Source: Pelomyxa schiedti
Taxonomy: Eukaryota; Protista; Evosea
Assembly: GCA_020536535.1 (NCBI GenBank)
Contig: JAHLWZ010000807.1
Location: 1 to 64,000 of the forward strand
DNA: 64,000 nucleotides
Direction: 5' to 3'
The translations under genes were made by a program, and so were the position numbers. The notes below the pieces were generated by a model. That model was not told the origin of the DNA and did no database searches. It saw only the letters and a list, made by a program, of their open reading frames with translations. Shown piece after piece: positions 62,401 to 64,000 of this stretch; position 1 is the stretch's first letter; each line of letters starts with the position of its first letter.

Positions 62401-64000
62401 CAGGCCCACACGGGAGAAAAACTGACGTAAAATTGCCGGAAGTTCCTCAGTACGACCACCTGGCAGAGTTTAATGACGAAAATATAAGGATGGAAAAATG
62501 GCTCACCAAAGTTACGGCAAATACCATGAAGGAGTAAATCTGTCAGATTATGTAAAGGGTGGGAAAAGAAGAGGGAGCATACCAGCAGTTACTGACTGGT
62601 CCAAATTTCGGTGCAAAAATTTAATTAGAGAATAAAAATCTCTCAATCCAAAGAAATCTCTTGTGTTCTGCTTTTTGTAGACATTATAGTAGGACTCGGC
62701 CAGGGCATGCAAGCTCGCCATCAGATGTTGGCTTGAAACAATACCTTGGGCAGTGACTCTTAAATCTTCAACTGTTGGCTCTGGGCGAGTGAGGGTGACC
62801 TAGGAGATGATGAAAAAAGTCTCAACATGGTAACAGGCATACAGCTCGATTCATCTTGGCAAGGTCAAGGCACCAACTGCGCCGTGTGTTAGAATATAGA
62901 ATAGGATTCATTTAAACATACTTGCTTATACCAACAACAGCCACCTCGGGTTCTTCTAATAGTTTATGGAGGACTTTCAGGGGCAGATGTGGGCTTTGTT
63001 CTGCTAGCCCAACCTCATCCAAAAGAACAACTACACAAGTGTTTGATGTACTATTTTGATACTTAATTGCATGTTGGAATGTCTGCTCGATGCCTGATCG
63101 TGGTGAGAAATGGCTGGAAAAAAATCCTTGGTGATGTGTTACCTTGAGGAGTACTCAAAGGGCTACACTGATATGAAAACACCTCAACCGCAGGGAAATC
63201 ATGGAAAAATGCTCTTGCTGATGTTTTTCCGTTCAGATTAGCAGCAATAAGTTCCATTGCGAGGGACTTCGAGCTCCCTGGTTTTCCAACCACCTTGAAA
63301 GAAAATCGATTAAAAAATCAGTCAAGTTCAGAGGACAGCTACATATATGGGAATCCGATTAAGGATGCAGACAAGGATCATGAAAATATTTTCACTTAAG
63401 TATGATCAGATATAAGGTTCAACAGCATTGAAAGCATACCACAGTGCTTCGTTGAGAGCAATTCCTTCTCCTGGGCACATTTGTTTCACGTAAAATTGTT
63501 GCTCAGCATTGAGGAACTGTGTAAATTCGTTTCTTGCAAGGCAAATTTCCCGTGGACCCATTTTATGCATGACTGAGGCAACCAGCTCACGATACTCTGC
63601 ACGTTTATCACTGTTTTTGTAGTCCAGTTGGTATTTCCACAAGTTAAAAGAAATTCACCTGAGACGAGAATGATAACAGTGAGCAAGGGATAGAACAAGA
63701 GAGCGGGTGATAATTTCTGGAACAGAAAGTTCTCTTCCTTGAGAAACTTTTTGTTGAAACAGACTTCGTTGGAACCTAGAGGTTGTCAGAGGAAAATTAA
63801 ACAGTGAATTCAACCAGCTATAGAGTTTGATGCAGCGAGTTACATCTCGCAGACTAACATTCCCATTTGGTCCTAGGTCACCATTTCTAATGAAGGACTG
63901 TGAAGCTGAAATCTAAAGAACTCAGCAGAGAAAGAACCAAAGTTATAGTACCAGCTCAGAAAAGAGCCTACAAACAGGAGGTGCTCTAAATTCTATACTC
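56462..64000 (-). CDS. Partial giant AAA+ ATPase with a C-terminal RZ-type zinc finger (RNF213/mysterin-like). The 5' end is beyond the window. Multi-exon.
   Basis: The AAA module has Walker A 'MVGKPGSSKSLAMELIAANLNGKTS' (about 63250), Walker B 'CVVVLLDEVGLAEQSPHLPLKVLHKLLEEPEV' (about 62990) and 'VAVVGISN'. A second AAA_5-like block is 'CIVVVDAEDAFHRLAPPLLNRFEK' followed by 'VVRLILTSTNY' (about 61700-61400). The RZ-finger-like block 'WYECPQGHAYYVSECGRPCQEYKCPTCGAKIGGLDH' is at about 56640-56760. The stop is near 56462. Confidence 0.4.
57392..58006 (-). CDS. Long exon (204 aa) within the RNF213-like gene span. No recognisable domain.
   Basis: A 204-aa minus-strand ORF with coding-like composition. 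Tentative similarity to kinase or macro folds was not convincing. Confidence 0.25.
   Translation of the reverse strand: MKHISHPCPRTLFPIFYLHRFSCTCLCFLQILFEKKVVEDLLLEQSNGLSGGQTLKFAKDVASTISPTQLVDTSVGCRTVEKLEAIGKLRFFLGVLATHLIATHEQGVPALQPLCAEADRLMLLPYDTPNVHVYFLKLVVKRKGIGFAQSLLQRFTYIYILRSNFHLFLVLLLTDRTTGLQHGAKMYGLNVSFVRGTCFKYRSV

Overview
This window is eukaryotic nuclear DNA, not prokaryotic. Coding regions are broken by many short GT..AG introns (about 35-90 nt), and there are homopolymer tracts, microsatellites and multi-exon genes on both strands. The first 5 kb is mostly non-coding or repetitive: a long hairpin inverted repeat, a triplicated exon/intron-like module, a CT-rich microsatellite and a small RRM-domain fragment.

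The rest is gene-dense and dominated by signalling and innate-immunity-type architectures. It holds three tandem paralogs of a GIMAP/IRG-like GTPase that carries a zinc-ribbon-like motif and a C-terminal ADP-ribosyltransferase-like domain; two of the copies show complementary degeneration of the R-S-ExE motifs and the third has a lysine-rich repeat tail in place of that domain. It also holds a TEP1-like RGG-TROVE-vWA-NACHT-WD40 gene, an LRR-Roc-COR-kinase (ROCO) gene, a TKL-like kinase, a RING/TRAF-zinc-finger protein with an ALK-like glycine-rich C-terminal domain, a death-domain gene, a kinase fused to TPR/Sel1 repeats, and a giant RNF213-like AAA+ gene with an RZ-type zinc finger that runs off the window end. 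Other genes are GCN5 (HAT plus bromodomain), a divergent actin-related protein, a Rab11-like GTPase, an M28 peptidase, a RhoGEF, a WW-domain protein and a secreted beta-helix/EGF surface protein. I saw no rRNA, tRNA or CRISPR. All exon boundaries were inferred by eye from the ORF track and GT/AG sites and are approximate.
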